This document shows positions 40,800 through 53,810 of a stretch of 64,000 bases of DNA, one piece after another (position 1 is the first letter of the stretch; every line of letters starts with the position of its first letter). A program made the position numbers and the translations under genes. Source of the stretch: the human T2T-CHM13v2.0 reference genome, Homo sapiens. The notes beneath the pieces are model-generated. The model saw nothing but the letters and a program-made list of their open reading frames with translations. It was not told the origin of the DNA and ran no database searches. Location of the stretch: assembly GCF_009914755.1 (NCBI RefSeq), contig NC_060929.1; one strand, 5' to 3'.

Positions 40800-42025
40800 A
40801 ATTCAGTCATTAACAAAACATTTGTTCACTAGACATTGCTATGTACTGGATTTTATCCCATATTAATGACACGAAGACAAATGAGAAATAGTCTTTGTTT
40901 TCTAGATGCTCCCAAACTCAGTGGGAAAGATAAAAAAGAAAAAAAACAATTAATATAATACATTGGACTCAAGCACTGTGGTAGAGGCCACCCTCAAGTG
41001 CTGTATGAGGACATATTGGAAGAACCTCAAAGAGAATTGCCTGCAAAAAGTAGCACATGAGCCAAAATCTGAAGACAACCAGAGTTATCCTGTTAAAGGG
41101 GCAAAAGGAAGTGTGGAGTTATGGGGCTGCATAGGTGGGCAGAGGACAGGTTACAAAATGGTTTATCATGCCACACTCAAAAATTTAGGGCTTTATCTCA
41201 AGATGATTAGAAGAAATTGAAGCATTTTCAAAAGGAGGATCAAAATCAGACATATTTAACACACATGCGTCTAGAAATTATTTGGAGAATTTTGAAAAGA
41301 GGAACATCACTTATAAGGCTGTTGGAAAAAGCAAACTATAAAATAAGAAGCCTGATGAAGAAAAGATGTTTGATGGAAAAGTAATTTGGGAATTATAATT
41401 GACAGAATTTCCTGGGGATTCGTTGTAGGGGATGACAAGGTAGTAGATAGAGTCGGGTATGATTCAAGAGAATGGAGGTGTCACCAACTGAGAGAGGGAA
41501 GAAGAGGAGCATGTTTATTGAAGGCTCTGAAAAATGAGAAATTCAATTTTGAACGTGATGCTCCTGAAGTGGCATAAGATAGCCAAGGGGGTATTTTGTA
41601 GGTGGTTATATATAAACACCAAGTTCTAGGCTGAATTTCAATCATCAACATCTATGTGATGGTGAAACCATGGATACAGGTGAAATCACCCAGATGATGA
41701 AGAGTTACAGAAATAGACTTCTGGGGGAACACCACCTTTTAACAGACCAGCAAAGGATGAAAAGGTCGTGAAGGAGACTGAATGTGTCCAGAGAGATAAA
41801 GGAAATCGAGAGAGAATGTGAATTGAATGCTAAGAAAAGAAAAGTTTCAAAATGTGAAGAGGGGTCAAGGTTAAATGTTGCAGATCAGTTGAATGTTGCA
41901 ATGCTAAAGGTTTTAAAGAGAACTTTAAAAAGTATATTATTTTTGGCTGCAAATTCAGGGAGAGCTGTTTCAATGGCATGTAGGGAAGGACCAAAGTTGA
42001 AGTGGTTTGAATAACAAATGGGAAA
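40800..42025 (-). mobile_element. Long L2 fragment
   Basis: attcagtcattaacaaaacatttg...tttagggctttatc...gagaaattcaattttgaacgtg...tcatcaacatctatgtgatgg...gagagctgtttcaatggcatg. Confidence 0.8.
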
Positions 42026-43352
42026 TACATGTATGATAGTGCAATTATTCGCTGTGTATCATGTCTTATATGCTCAATTAAACTACAAGTTTCTCAAAGG
42101 CAGTTTTTACATGTCTTTTCTATCCTATTTATGTTCCATTTTATGTATGCATATATATTTACTTGTGTGTATAGGTATATATTTATTGTGTGCATAGACA
42201 TGTACATATTGTATACATATATTATTTATATGTATATATATGTATTAACAAATGTGTATATTGTATTTATAATATACACAACAATGGTTGCAAAACCACC
42301 AATGACTGAGCTTGATCTGACAAATATACAAATGAAGTTCCCTGGGCCTCCAAGCCTACTTTGGCAGCAGTGACATTTTTAATCACTGTTCTTCCTTTTT
42401 CCCCCTTATCTCCCAAGAAATATCCAGCCTGTTTTTCCCATAGTCTTGTGTGCACCAAGTGTGTAGCCTGCTGTTTCTCTTTGCTCCTAAACATTTATTT
42501 TCCTCCTTTGTATCTACATTTTCTTTCCTCCTCAGCTCAGATTATGAGCAGCCTGCCTTCAACAGCTGGCATTTATAGAGCTATAAGTTTCCATAACTTC
42601 TACAGGAGCTCTGCATGCATGCGCATGCCAAATGAAGCCCTCAAGCTATTCTGCAAATAATTTCTACAGTAAATTTTACTTGTAATGACCTGAAGTTGAG
42701 TTTGTATCCTTTAGGAAAAGCTATATCTTCTCACAGAGCCCACAAGTTCTCTCTTTGCAATGTTAAACCCAAATTTTACTGGTATAATTAGTATACATAT
42801 GAAATTTATGGCACAAAAAATATAACTGATTAAAACAAATGGAATCATTTTAAGCAGCACTAAAGCACAAACATACTTTTGTTTAGAAAACCTCTTATTT
42901 TTCTTATGGTGTCTTTGGGCTTAGGGTTCCCTATAACTCCAATATGGTGTGTTTGGAGCTTCTATTATCTGTTTTGGCATTTCACACATGGAACACCTGC
43001 ATGAGATAGGTTCCTTGACTCCACAAACAGCTTGCAGGATAAGAATTTATTTTTGAATGAGTCTTATTCATGCTGTTTAAATGAGAGGAGAAGTGCCACT
43101 AATAGTTTCTTTCAGTTTTGTAACTGGAATACTTTATAGTTTCATCTAACTTTTATTTCCCCCCATCTGCTTAAGTGACTTCATTCCTCTCAAGTTGAAA
43201 ATGTCAAGGCTATTTACTAATACTATGTTAGAAGGTCTTGGTGCATTTTTTCCACCACCACCTTTTCCCCTGCCAACACTCTGCTTTTATTCTCACAGGT
43301 CTTTTATAAACCTTTCCTTTCCCACTGATATTCTCCAGTCTAAAACAGCTCC

Positions 43353-43379
43353 AAAAAAAAAAAAAAAAAAAAAAAAAAA
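43353..43379. repeat. Pure A27 tract
   Basis: Directly visible, just 5' of an Alu TSD. Confidence 0.97.
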
Positions 43380-43394
43380 CAGTAACAAAGGAGG

Positions 43395-43694
43395 GGCTGG
43401 GCGCGGTGGCTTAGGGCCTGTAATCCCAGCACTTTGGGAGGCCGAGGCGGGTGGATCACCTGAGGTCCGGAGTTCGAGACCCACTTGACCAACATGGAGA
43501 AACCCCGTCTCTACTAAAAATACAAAATTAGCCGGGGGGTGGTGGCACATGCTTCTAATCCCAGCTACTCTGGAGGCTGAGACAGGAGAATGGCTTGAAC
43601 CTGGGAGGCAAGAGGTTGCTGTGAGACGAGATTGCTCCATTGCACTCCAGCCTGGGCAACAAGAGCGAAACCCCATCTCAGAAAAAAAAAAAAA
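43395..43694 (+). mobile_element. AluSp
   Basis: Diagnostics accaacatggagaaacccc and ggcaacaagagcgaaac. TSD agtaacaaagga at 43381-43392 / 43695-43706. Confidence 0.96.
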
Positions 43695-44114
43695 AGTAAC
43701 AAAGGAAGAATAAGAGTTGGAAGAATAAGGGGTAAAGTGAAGAGTGGAGAAGCAACTATTTTGCAAGGAGATATAATTTAAATTGCCTCAGTCACTGTTG
43801 TTGTATAAACCATTGAATCAATAACACTCCTCAAAGTCTAAACTTTCAAAATCTCTCCCCACTGGTCTCCTACGGTACTACCAATCACCTTTGCTCCTTT
43901 CTGTATATCGTACATTCTTCTTTTTATAAATCACAGGCTCCATGGTATCTTTTGTTCTTAAAAAAAGCAAGAAACTAAAAATATTAAGTCAAGTTATTTG
44001 TGTTTCCTTATTTGATTCCAAGGAATGATAAGGAAGGAATATATGCTTTCTTCATCTTCATAGAGCAGCTCTACTTTCTCTTTCCACAATGAAGGAAGAT
44101 TTTCATTTGAAGCA

Positions 44115-44378
44115 CATGGTGTGCTGGTTGAACCTCATGTCTTGGAAAGTTCCTTCCTGGGCTTCGACTCTACTATGAAGGAGGTATATGTGGGGGTAGT
44201 GGTGGAGGGGTAAGGGAATGGGAGAAGGTTGACTTGTTAAATGTGCCAATTTCCATGGTGTAAATACTTTCACCATAGTAAACTTCAATAAAACAAGAGT
44301 TTATAAACTGGCTCTCACATTTTTTGAAAATTTAACTATTGGCCCTCATAAATTGTTAGCTGTTCCTGCATACCACTG
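44115..44378. mobile_element. MER63-like non-autonomous hAT DNA transposon
   Basis: Imperfect TIRs catggtgtgctgg / cctgcataccactg. Internal tgccaatttccatggtgtaaatact recalled from the MER63 consensus. Confidence 0.72.
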
Positions 44379-44387
44379 CAAAACGAT

Positions 44388-44505
44388 GAAAGAAAGAGAG
44401 AGAGAAAGAAACAAAGAAACAAAGAAAGAGAAAGAAAGAGAGAAGGAAGGAAAGGAAGGAAAGAAGGAAGGAAGGAAGAAAGAGAGAAAGAAAGAAAGGA
44501 AAAAA
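44388..44505. repeat. (GAAA/GGAA)n polypurine tract
   Basis: Directly visible. Confidence 0.95.
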
Positions 44506-45314
44506 ACTGAAGAGGGAAAATACACCTTTTTCACTTTCTGCCCTACTAATTATTTAATTACTTGCATTACTGAAAGATCTGTCCTTACAGCTTTGTCTGG
44601 GTCTGTTCTAGGCAAACTAGCAAAGTTGGTATGATTCACCCTCAAGGCCTTTTGTTCCCAATGCCTCTCTAGTGTCCCGTGATTTAGGAATCCTGCAAAA
44701 TGCTCTCACTTCCATTAAAATCACTTGTCCTGCTTTGCATTCTGTCACTAATCTGATAACTTAAGTGATTCAATGAACTCACAAATGAGTTAATGGGCAC
44801 TAAGTGTTAATAGAGATAACGGCTTGATTCTGTATTCTTTCTTGTATTATCTACATTATAAAGAGTGACGGTCTGAAAAGAATGTTCTAACTGAACAATG
44901 ATTCTGTAGCACTATTGGACACTAAGAAAACAAGAGAGCTTTTAGGTGTGTCATGTTAATTCTCAAATGTTAAAGGGATATTCAACTCAATTTTCTCCAA
45001 AATAAGCTGGGAAAACTCCAGAGGATGGAGGAGGTTATCTTACTCAGTTTGTCTAACTCAGCATTTCTTTCTGACTTCTCAAAGGCATTTCATTCATGAT
45101 TTCTATAAAATCTTGTTCAGGACCAAGTCTTCTGTCGCTTTATTCCTGAAACTTTCCATTTCTCTTGACGCCTGTGCTGTACATTAACTTCTGACCTTTC
45201 TCCTATTTGAAAGTTCTTTCTTATTCATTTGAGATTTTGCTGAAATTTTAGCTCTTTCTAAATAGGTTTTCCTAGTGCTTATCCCACTATATCTCACCTT
45301 CACTCTGATTTCAT

Positions 45315-45495
45315 TAGTCTGTATATACCAACTAGATGACCTGGAGCAAGATAGTTTAGCACTCTGTGCCTTGGTTTCATCACCTGTAAAATAATAATGA
45401 CTTTAATATGTACCCCATAGAATTATTGTGAAAATTATGTTTGTTAACATGTGAAATGCACGTACAAAAGTAATGCACACATAGTAACTTTGCAA
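45315..45495 (+). mobile_element. MIR SINE
   Basis: ctctgtgccttggtttcatcacctgtaaaat...catagaattattgtgaaaatta...atgtgaaatgcac. Confidence 0.82.
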
Positions 45496-45732
45496 TGAAA
45501 ATCAGATTTTAGGGGTAGCAATATGATATTTCATTCCTAATCAAACTTTTTGCTTTTTAAAATCAGAGACCATTTCTTAACCATCTTTGTATTCTGAGCT
45601 TCTCTCTTCATACCTAGCATTTTGTAGAAGCTCAATACATATTTCCTGACTAATACATAATACCTGGTAAGTTTTCCCTAGTCATATTTATGCATATGTT
45701 TGGTCTTCTAAATTAAATTGTAAATATTTCTA

Positions 45733-46132
<400 letters not shown>

Positions 46133-47086
46133 GAAAAGAAACAGTATTAACCCTAGATGACCTCCATCGATTGTGTTCTCACATGATTTTTTAATTTTCT
46201 TTTTCTGCAGTATCAGAAAAAGCATCAAGTATAACAGCTGCCAGTGCAGGAAATACAGTTGATTTATGTACTTTACAGTATTGAATAGGTTTTTAGCACT
46301 CAGTGAATAGTAATAAAAACAATAATAAAAATAATAACTGGTGTAAACTGATTAAACAAAAATTATACAGTGAGACTGGTCATTCTATTGCAGCTGGAGA
46401 AATGAAGCAGGTCTACTACTTATAGATGAAAATTAACTTTCATGGTTTTCAGTGACTGCAAACAAATGAAGATGAGTCAGATAAAGTAGAAAAACTAAAA
46501 CTAAAAGTTCTCCATATTGAGCTAATGTTTTAAATAAACATTGTGAGCCATATGAGCCATCTAGGCCAGTTAGATCGCTATAATTAAAGTAATCCTCAAC
46601 AGTATTAAAGCTGAATTAGAGCCTTGGTCTCAGGCAAGATAGGATAATCTTTCTATTGGATTTCAAAGGACTTCAAATTTCTATCAATTCATACTATATT
46701 CTTGTAGGTAACTTGTACTGTTGAAATAAAAAGAAAAAGATGACTAAAGCCAAGGAATGCAAAGAAAGGGTAAAGGAGTGAAGATCAACAAATAGAAGAG
46801 CTTGTTAAATTGAGCTCAATATTTTCTTCCACACTGAAAAACAAAGAGGAAGGCCTTGGTACCAATGTCTCATTACTTCTTCTATTCATCCATGTATTCA
46901 TTTTAGAAGCATCCACTAAGCTATTACTATGTTGAATATGGGGCTAAATAAATGCTCACAAGTCATAAACACCTTGAGGCATATACGTTCAGGCATTATT
47001 TTATGCTCTTGAGTAGATAAAGATTAAAATATACTTTGGCTGTATGTCAAAGTAAGCTTTCCTATGGGGCAAAGTGTTAACAATTA

Positions 47087-47321
47087 ACAATAAAGTGAAT
47101 GAACTCCTACTATATGCCAGATCCTGTTCTCAAGCCTTCTCAAAACTCCATGAAGTAGGTATTAATATTATACTCTTCATGCACATGAAAAAATCACAGC
47201 TCAGAGAGATTAAGTAAATCACACAGTGTCATTCAGCTAGTAAGTGGCAGAAGTAGGCTCTGAACCCAAGCAGTCTGCCTTCAGGGAACCTGAAATCTTC
47301 ACCACTTCGGTGCACTGTCTC
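47087..47321 (-). mobile_element. MIR SINE (first of a tandem pair)
   Basis: ctcctactatatgccag...gctcagagagattaagtaa...agctagtaagtggcaga...tgaacccaagcagtctg. Confidence 0.88.
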
Positions 47322-47322
47322 A

Positions 47323-47562
47323 CAATAATAGTCTTAGGTAACTCTGAGTGCTTACTATGTACTGAGTACTCTAATCACATTATGTTATTGACATTCAACA
47401 ACAACAAAAAAAGTCTGTAAGGTAGATACTGATGAGAAGCTCAGAGAGGAAAAGCCACTTGTTCAATAGCATGTAGCTTAGTAGTGATGAAGTTAAGATT
47501 TAACCCAGGAAATCTACCTGGTCCTAAAGTCTGTGTCTGTAACCACCACGCCATGCTTCTTC
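47323..47562 (-). mobile_element. MIR SINE (second of a tandem pair)
   Basis: tgagtgcttactatgt...gctcagagagg...gatttaacccagg...taaccaccacgccatgct. Confidence 0.82.
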
Positions 47563-48039
47563 CATCTGAGATTATTTCCTTTGTATGAGCAAGCTCATTA
47601 CCACACAGACATTTTGTATTGAGCATTACCAGGAACCATGCGGATATTTTGTTCAACAAAAAAACGGAAAAATCCTGGATCCCTCTGTAGAGTTATTCAA
47701 ATGGGTCAGAAGTCACAGCAGAACTTACGAGAAAATGTTCAAATTGAAGCACCCTAGTTCACCAAGTCTCTTTCCCCTTTATACATAATTTGTGACTAAA
47801 TAGCTGTACTGAAGAGGGCTGCCCCCATTTAGCAGGGAATAATAATCAGGAGACCAACATGGGCTTAGGTATCAGATTATAATAACAACAGAGGAGAGTA
47901 GAGAGTCTTGAAGAGCCCCTTCTCCATCGTGGCCTGAAGAAAACTGTCTTTGCTGTATTTTTTAAAGAATTCAGGGAAGAGATATACACCATCTAGGAAA
48001 AAAGCCAAAAAAAAAAAAAAAAAAAAAAAGGCAGGAAAA

Positions 48040-48500
48040 AATTAAAAGCAAGTTAATAATGCTAAAAATAGAAATGGAAGTTGAAGATAAAACCATTTTG
48101 TAATAAAAGATATATGAAAAGAAACACAATGGGGACAACATAGAAAACACAACTAGGGCTATGAAAGTCCAACTTAAAGAAATAAGAGAATAATTACATG
48201 GGGAAAAATAAATGTTTAGATATAAAATAAGATATAGAGAAACTAAATTCTATAGATACATATATGAGTGTATACATGTGCATATTCATATCTATCTCAT
48301 ATTTCTGAGGAAAAGAACATAAAGTCTGTGAATAAGGTATATGAAACACTGAAATAATAAAGACCTGAATTTGTATATTAGAATTATATATTCTGTCTTA
48401 GGAAAAAAATGATATGGATCAACCAACAGCATATATATCCTAGAGCAGTTACTAGACTTTGAGTATAAAGAAACAATCCTATGGCTGGCTTCCAGGCATA
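48040..48500 (+). mobile_element. HAL1-like or old L1 ORF1 fragment
   Basis: gaagttgaagataaaa, aagtccaactt, atatatcctag...ttactagactttgagtataaagaaacaatcctatgg...ttccaggca. Confidence 0.5.
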
Positions 48501-50504
48501 ACTCCCTCACAGTTCTACCCCACATTCCCCATGCATGGATCTTGGGAGGATAGTTGCAGGTACTTGCAATGAAAACCTGAGACATGTACTGGAACAGTGA
48601 GTGGGAAAAGATGTAGCTGGGTCACTGACAGTATACGCTACAGTTGACTTTTTATAATTTGGAATTTGTTGTTATAAATTATCCTGAATAAATATTTGAT
48701 TTCATGGATAAAAGAAACCTAATCACAATAACCCATTAGAGATTAAAAAATAATAAACAGTGGATTGCTGAGGGAAATAAAAGGTGGCCAAAATATTTTA
48801 TTCCCCTTTAAATTATCTTTCAGTAATTAAGGTCACAGACAGATATTTCATAGAGCCCAGGCTATGCAATCCTTATGAACACTTTTGAGAACGATATCCA
48901 ACTACTTTAATCACAATATCTGACTTGATAGAGATGAATCAAAATAAAGATCAGCAATAGAGCACTTGAAATAGAATGTAATGATGGTGAGCAGTGATTC
49001 AATTTATGTAAAAGAACTAATGATGAAGAAATGTGGGTACTATTATTATCACTTGTCAGTTCATATGATACAAGAAGACTGGGAGAGAGAGTAAGAGAAA
49101 GGGAAACACATGAAGTGAATGTACAATCATTTTCCAGGTGAGACCTCAATATGATACTATCTCCTTCTGTCAAATCAGTTTTAAAGATGAAAGTTATAAG
49201 TAATCATAAAATCAACCAAAATACTAATATGATATATTGGAAGGTGAGACTAACAAAAATTATTACTATGTACACTTAGTAACTAATTGAGCTAATTGCT
49301 TATCTTTTGATGTGGAGATTCAATAAGTTTTCCTAAAGTTAATAAATTAAGAAACAGTTTTAATATATTAAAACTTACAAGAATAACTTTAAAATCAAAA
49401 AGCATTCCAAATCTCAAGAAAAAAAATAAAGAAGAAAGCACAATAAAATACGAACTATTCAACAAAACATTGAAAACAAGAACACAAGAAATATAAAAAG
49501 ATTGTAGTTCTAACATCAATCATATTTCTTACATTAGTAAAAGTAAATACAATAAAATATTAAGAATAAAAGATACTTTGATTAGCAACAAACCCCAATT
49601 CTATAGTGAATCTAAGTAAACTTTTAAAATAATGTGGCTTTAAAGTAATAAAAGAAATGGATAGGCAAAGACATATTGGGAAGATGCTAACAAAAAATAA
49701 AGTAAAATTTATAACATTGATATTAGAGTTGAAATTGTGAAAAAAAGAATATTAAAGGAGTTAAAGTTGACACTTTAATACTTTATAATGTGTAAAGACA
49801 CATTGTATGTGTGTGTATATAATACATATATAACACTCTAAAGATAAAACAAATTCAAGATTTATATATTAGTAATAATAGTATAGTAGTAATAATAACA
49901 TCAATAATGATAACAATAGTGAAAATAATCAAATGAATATCCCAAAAGCAAAGTCTGCATACTATAATAGAAAAATAAACAATAGTAGACTGTTTTTAAC
50001 TTATATTTTTCAACTCGTATGGTTAAATAGACCAAATAAGTGTGTATAATAATAAAATACATCAAACTCCATACCCAAAACATTATAAAGATGTTTACTT
50101 TATTTTTTGAAAAGAAACTAATTTAGAGAAATTCTCTGCTTAAAATGCACTACAAAATGAATAACACAAAAGGGAAAAAAACAAAATACCAACTGTTAAA
50201 AGACAGAAGTTCTATGTTCAGCAGCTCCTAAGTTAAAAAGAAGAAGCCAAACCAAAGTGTAAAATATCTAAAAAAAAAAAGACCTATACAAATTGACTAA
50301 GATTATGATCAAAATAAAATTTTAGATTTTAATAATTACCTGTATAAACAATGAAGGATGAAGTAAATATTCTGCTAAGGCAATTTAAAAAGTAATGAGA
50401 ACACAAAAATTAAGAAATGCCAAAGAAAGAAATTGCTAGTGATAAAAGCAAAAAATTAGTAAATGGGATAAAAAAAGGAGGAAAAGAGTTAAAAAAAAAA
50501 AAGT

Positions 50505-50608
50505 CCTCAGCCAAATCTCAGCATCATACAATGTACCTTTGTAACAAAACCGCACATGTACCCACTGATTCTAAAATAAAAGTTGACACAAAAAGAGTAA
50601 AAAAATAA
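50505..50608 (+). mobile_element. Short L1PB4/L1PA16-like 3' terminal fragment
   Basis: ccaaatctcagcatcatacaatgtacc...gtaacaaaaccgcacatgtaccc...ctaaaataaaagttg. Confidence 0.75.
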
Positions 50609-53114
50609 ATTCACAAAATGGTTGATGCACGTGCACATAAATATGTATCATATATAACTAAATATAAAAAATATATTCATATATTACTTTATATGTAACT
50701 AATATTAAAAACAATATAGGGAGAAAGCACATATATTATATATAACTACATATAAAGCTAAACACATATATGTGTTTACTAGTGTGTTTGTGTATGTGTG
50801 TACATATAAACTGATTTTGGAAAAATAAGATAAGGAAACACATATCATGAGTAAAACTGAAAAAAATAGAATATGTTAGTAAGTACAGATGAAGTGGAAA
50901 TGAGAAAATATACTCTGAAGGTAAATTTGAAAGTCTGCATAGAATAAATTATTTCTTATGATAACAGAAATTACAAAGTTGGTCCTAGAGAAACATAAAA
51001 GTTAAATCAGATAAGGAAAAATTTTCAAATTTTCATTGGGGAAATACTAAGAAAAATCTTTATCCCTATTCCTAAATAAGTAAACCCTTCCTAAACAAAA
51101 GGGTTTCAGTGCTGAATTCTAACCAACTTTTAAGGAAGAGATAATCCAAAACTATTATAAATATTCCAGAAAATATAGAAACATGTAGCTTCCAAACTCA
51201 TCCATTAAAGAAGCAATATAAAATTAATATCTAAAATCTAGAAAATTACCTTTTGAGAAAAGTGAGAAAAAAAAAATCACAGCTCCAAACTACTTTCGTG
51301 TGAAAAACAACAGAAATAATGAAAACCCCCAGCATATTGAAAGGATAACACAAAATTAAGATTTGTTCATGAAATGTGAAGAAAAATAATCTTCATATAA
51401 AGCTTATTATTGTATTTTAAAAGATTAGAAAGTGAAAAGATAAAAGCATATGATAATCTATGTAAATAATACAGTGTTTGGTAAAAATTAACTTCTAATC
51501 TTGATTTTTATAATTCTTAATTAAATGTATTATTACACCTTTATAATGTGTTTGATATGTATCTGAAAGCAAAATCCATGACAATGTGAAATATTAGAAG
51601 CATGCCCATTAAATTCAGTAACAATAAATAAGGATGCTGATTGCTATCACTATTATTCAATTGTTTAACATTGTTCTAGAAGTACTAGATAATATATTTT
51701 AAGATTTTAAAAATAAACAATGTAATTTTTAGAAAGAGATATAAATACTGGAAAAAATAAAATAACTTTTTTTAGATGATTATGCATCTGGGAAACCCAA
51801 AATAATTAAAATTAAAAGCAATACAAATATTCACTAAAAGAGCAAAATACAAATAAATAAATAAATGAAAATTAATTCCTTTCCTAGACACAATCAAACC
51901 CAATCATAAAAATACAGAAATAAAATCTCATCTTAAAAATAAAAAGAATAAACATCTAGGTATGAAGTTAATCACAAATTTGAAATATCTCTGTAAAAAA
52001 ACTAAAATTCTACCAAAGAATATATATATATATATATACTTTAAGGGACTTCAAAAGAAAGAGACAAAACTTATTCTTGCACAGAAAGATTCAGTATTGT
52101 AAAAATGTAAGTTCAGACTAAATTAATCTACAGATTTCACATGATCCAAATAAAATACCAACAGCCTTATTTTTGGAACTTGAACAAGCTGATTCTAAAT
52201 TTCTTATGTAAAAATAAACATGAAAAAATTGGCAGTAAGTTTCTGAAAAAAAAGTAGTAAAAGAGAATACCTCGATAAGATAGTAAGATATATTTTAATA
52301 CTACTGTTATTGTTTGTTGCTGGGGTCTGATATGCAGACTGATCAATTGGATGGAAGAAAAACTCAAGAAATAAATAGAAATACATATAAAAATTTATTG
52401 TATCATAAAGTCGGCATCTTGAATCACTGAAGAAAAATAACTTTCTCAATAAATGACACTGGGAAAACTAGCTAGTTATTTTAAAAAGGAGCTGGTTACT
52501 GCCTTAAGAATAGACCCCAATAAATTCCAGGTGTATCAAAGGTTAAAATGTAAAAATAAAACTTGAAACGTTAAAAAAATTGGCATTAAAAATTAGTTTT
52601 GGTATGGGAACACTCTAAATAAGAGGAACCATACAGAGCAGCATTAGAAAAGATTGGTAAATATGACTACATAAAAAATATTTTCTATCCAGCTCCTCAA
52701 AAATTGAAAAAAAAATTGTAATGTTCATTAAATGGGATTTTCTGTACATGTCATAAGCACATATATAATTTTTAAAATAATAACTGAAATACAAAATAGG
52801 CAAATTTAGCCCTATATATCCAATTGTAAACTTACATAGCGTTTGATTCAATAATGTCATTTTGAGGCATTTGTCTTGCATTTTACACATGCATCTCTAA
52901 ACAAAGAAATAAGAACAAGAATGTTCATTGCAGCATACTTTGAAGAACAAAAGTGTGCAAAATCTCTAAATGTGAGGTGTAATAAATGAGTTAAATCAAT
53001 TTCAGGCCACCCATACATGAAATACTACTACTCTGCAGCTGTGAAAAGCAAGGGGAGCTATAGAGCTGGTAATGAAAATATTACCAAAATATGATGTTAA
53101 AAAAGAGAGAAATA

Positions 53115-53177
53115 TTGTGTGTGTGTGTGTGTGTGTGCGTGCATGTGTATGTGTGTGTGTGTATGTGCGTGTGCATG
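53115..53177. repeat. Interrupted (TG)n microsatellite
   Basis: Directly visible. Confidence 0.95.
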
Positions 53178-53629
53178 TTTTAGAAATATACGCAAAAGAC
53201 ATTACCCTGAAAATTGAGACTGGAGGGCAAGAATGGAGGGGAGGATCACTTTTCACATTATAACTACTTTAATGTTTGGAATTTTTTGCATATACATAAA
53301 TTGCTTTTTAAATTTTTTTAAAAAAGGAAAATAAAATCCAAACCTGGAAGTTAAGGTCAGCATTAATTAGCGTCCTTATAAACTTCATATTTTCATAACC
53401 TGACAATCAATACTTTTTACAAAATTATTAAAACAGATTAATAATATAATTTCACATCACAATTTCTCGCCTTAATATTTATCCCCTCAAGGCAAAAATA
53501 ATCTTGGAGACCAGTGAAAGACAAAGAGACATTCTATAATAAATGTAACCTTTTTAAATCCTAATGATGCAACTTTGAAAGATTCATGCATATTAAATGA
53601 AACTATATGAACTTAATATCATGTGTGTG

Positions 53630-53810
53630 ATTTAGAAAACAGAGTGCTAGAATTACATGCAGATAATCTGGACTTGAAGTTGGCTGTACCACTTATTTGG
53701 ACAAGGTATTCAATCTTTAAAAGCCTCAATTTGTTGAATGACAAAATAGAGATATGGGTAACAACTGTATAGTATAGTCATGAAGATTAAACTCTGACAT
53801 ATTAAAGTGT
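53630..53810 (+). mobile_element. MIR fragment
   Basis: gaaaacagagtgctaga...ggctgtaccactta...ttggacaagg...gcctcaattt...gtcatgaagattaaa. Confidence 0.65.

Larger units (their letters stand above)
49380..53330 (+). mobile_element. Very old L1ME ORF2 and 3' end, highly decayed
   Basis: gctgaattctaaccaacttttaaggaagagataat, gaagcatgcccattaaa...aggatgc...tcactattattcaa, tttagatgat (ADD), gaacttgaacaagctgattctaaattt, aagaatgttcattgcagca, and an L1ME-type tail. Confidence 0.82.
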
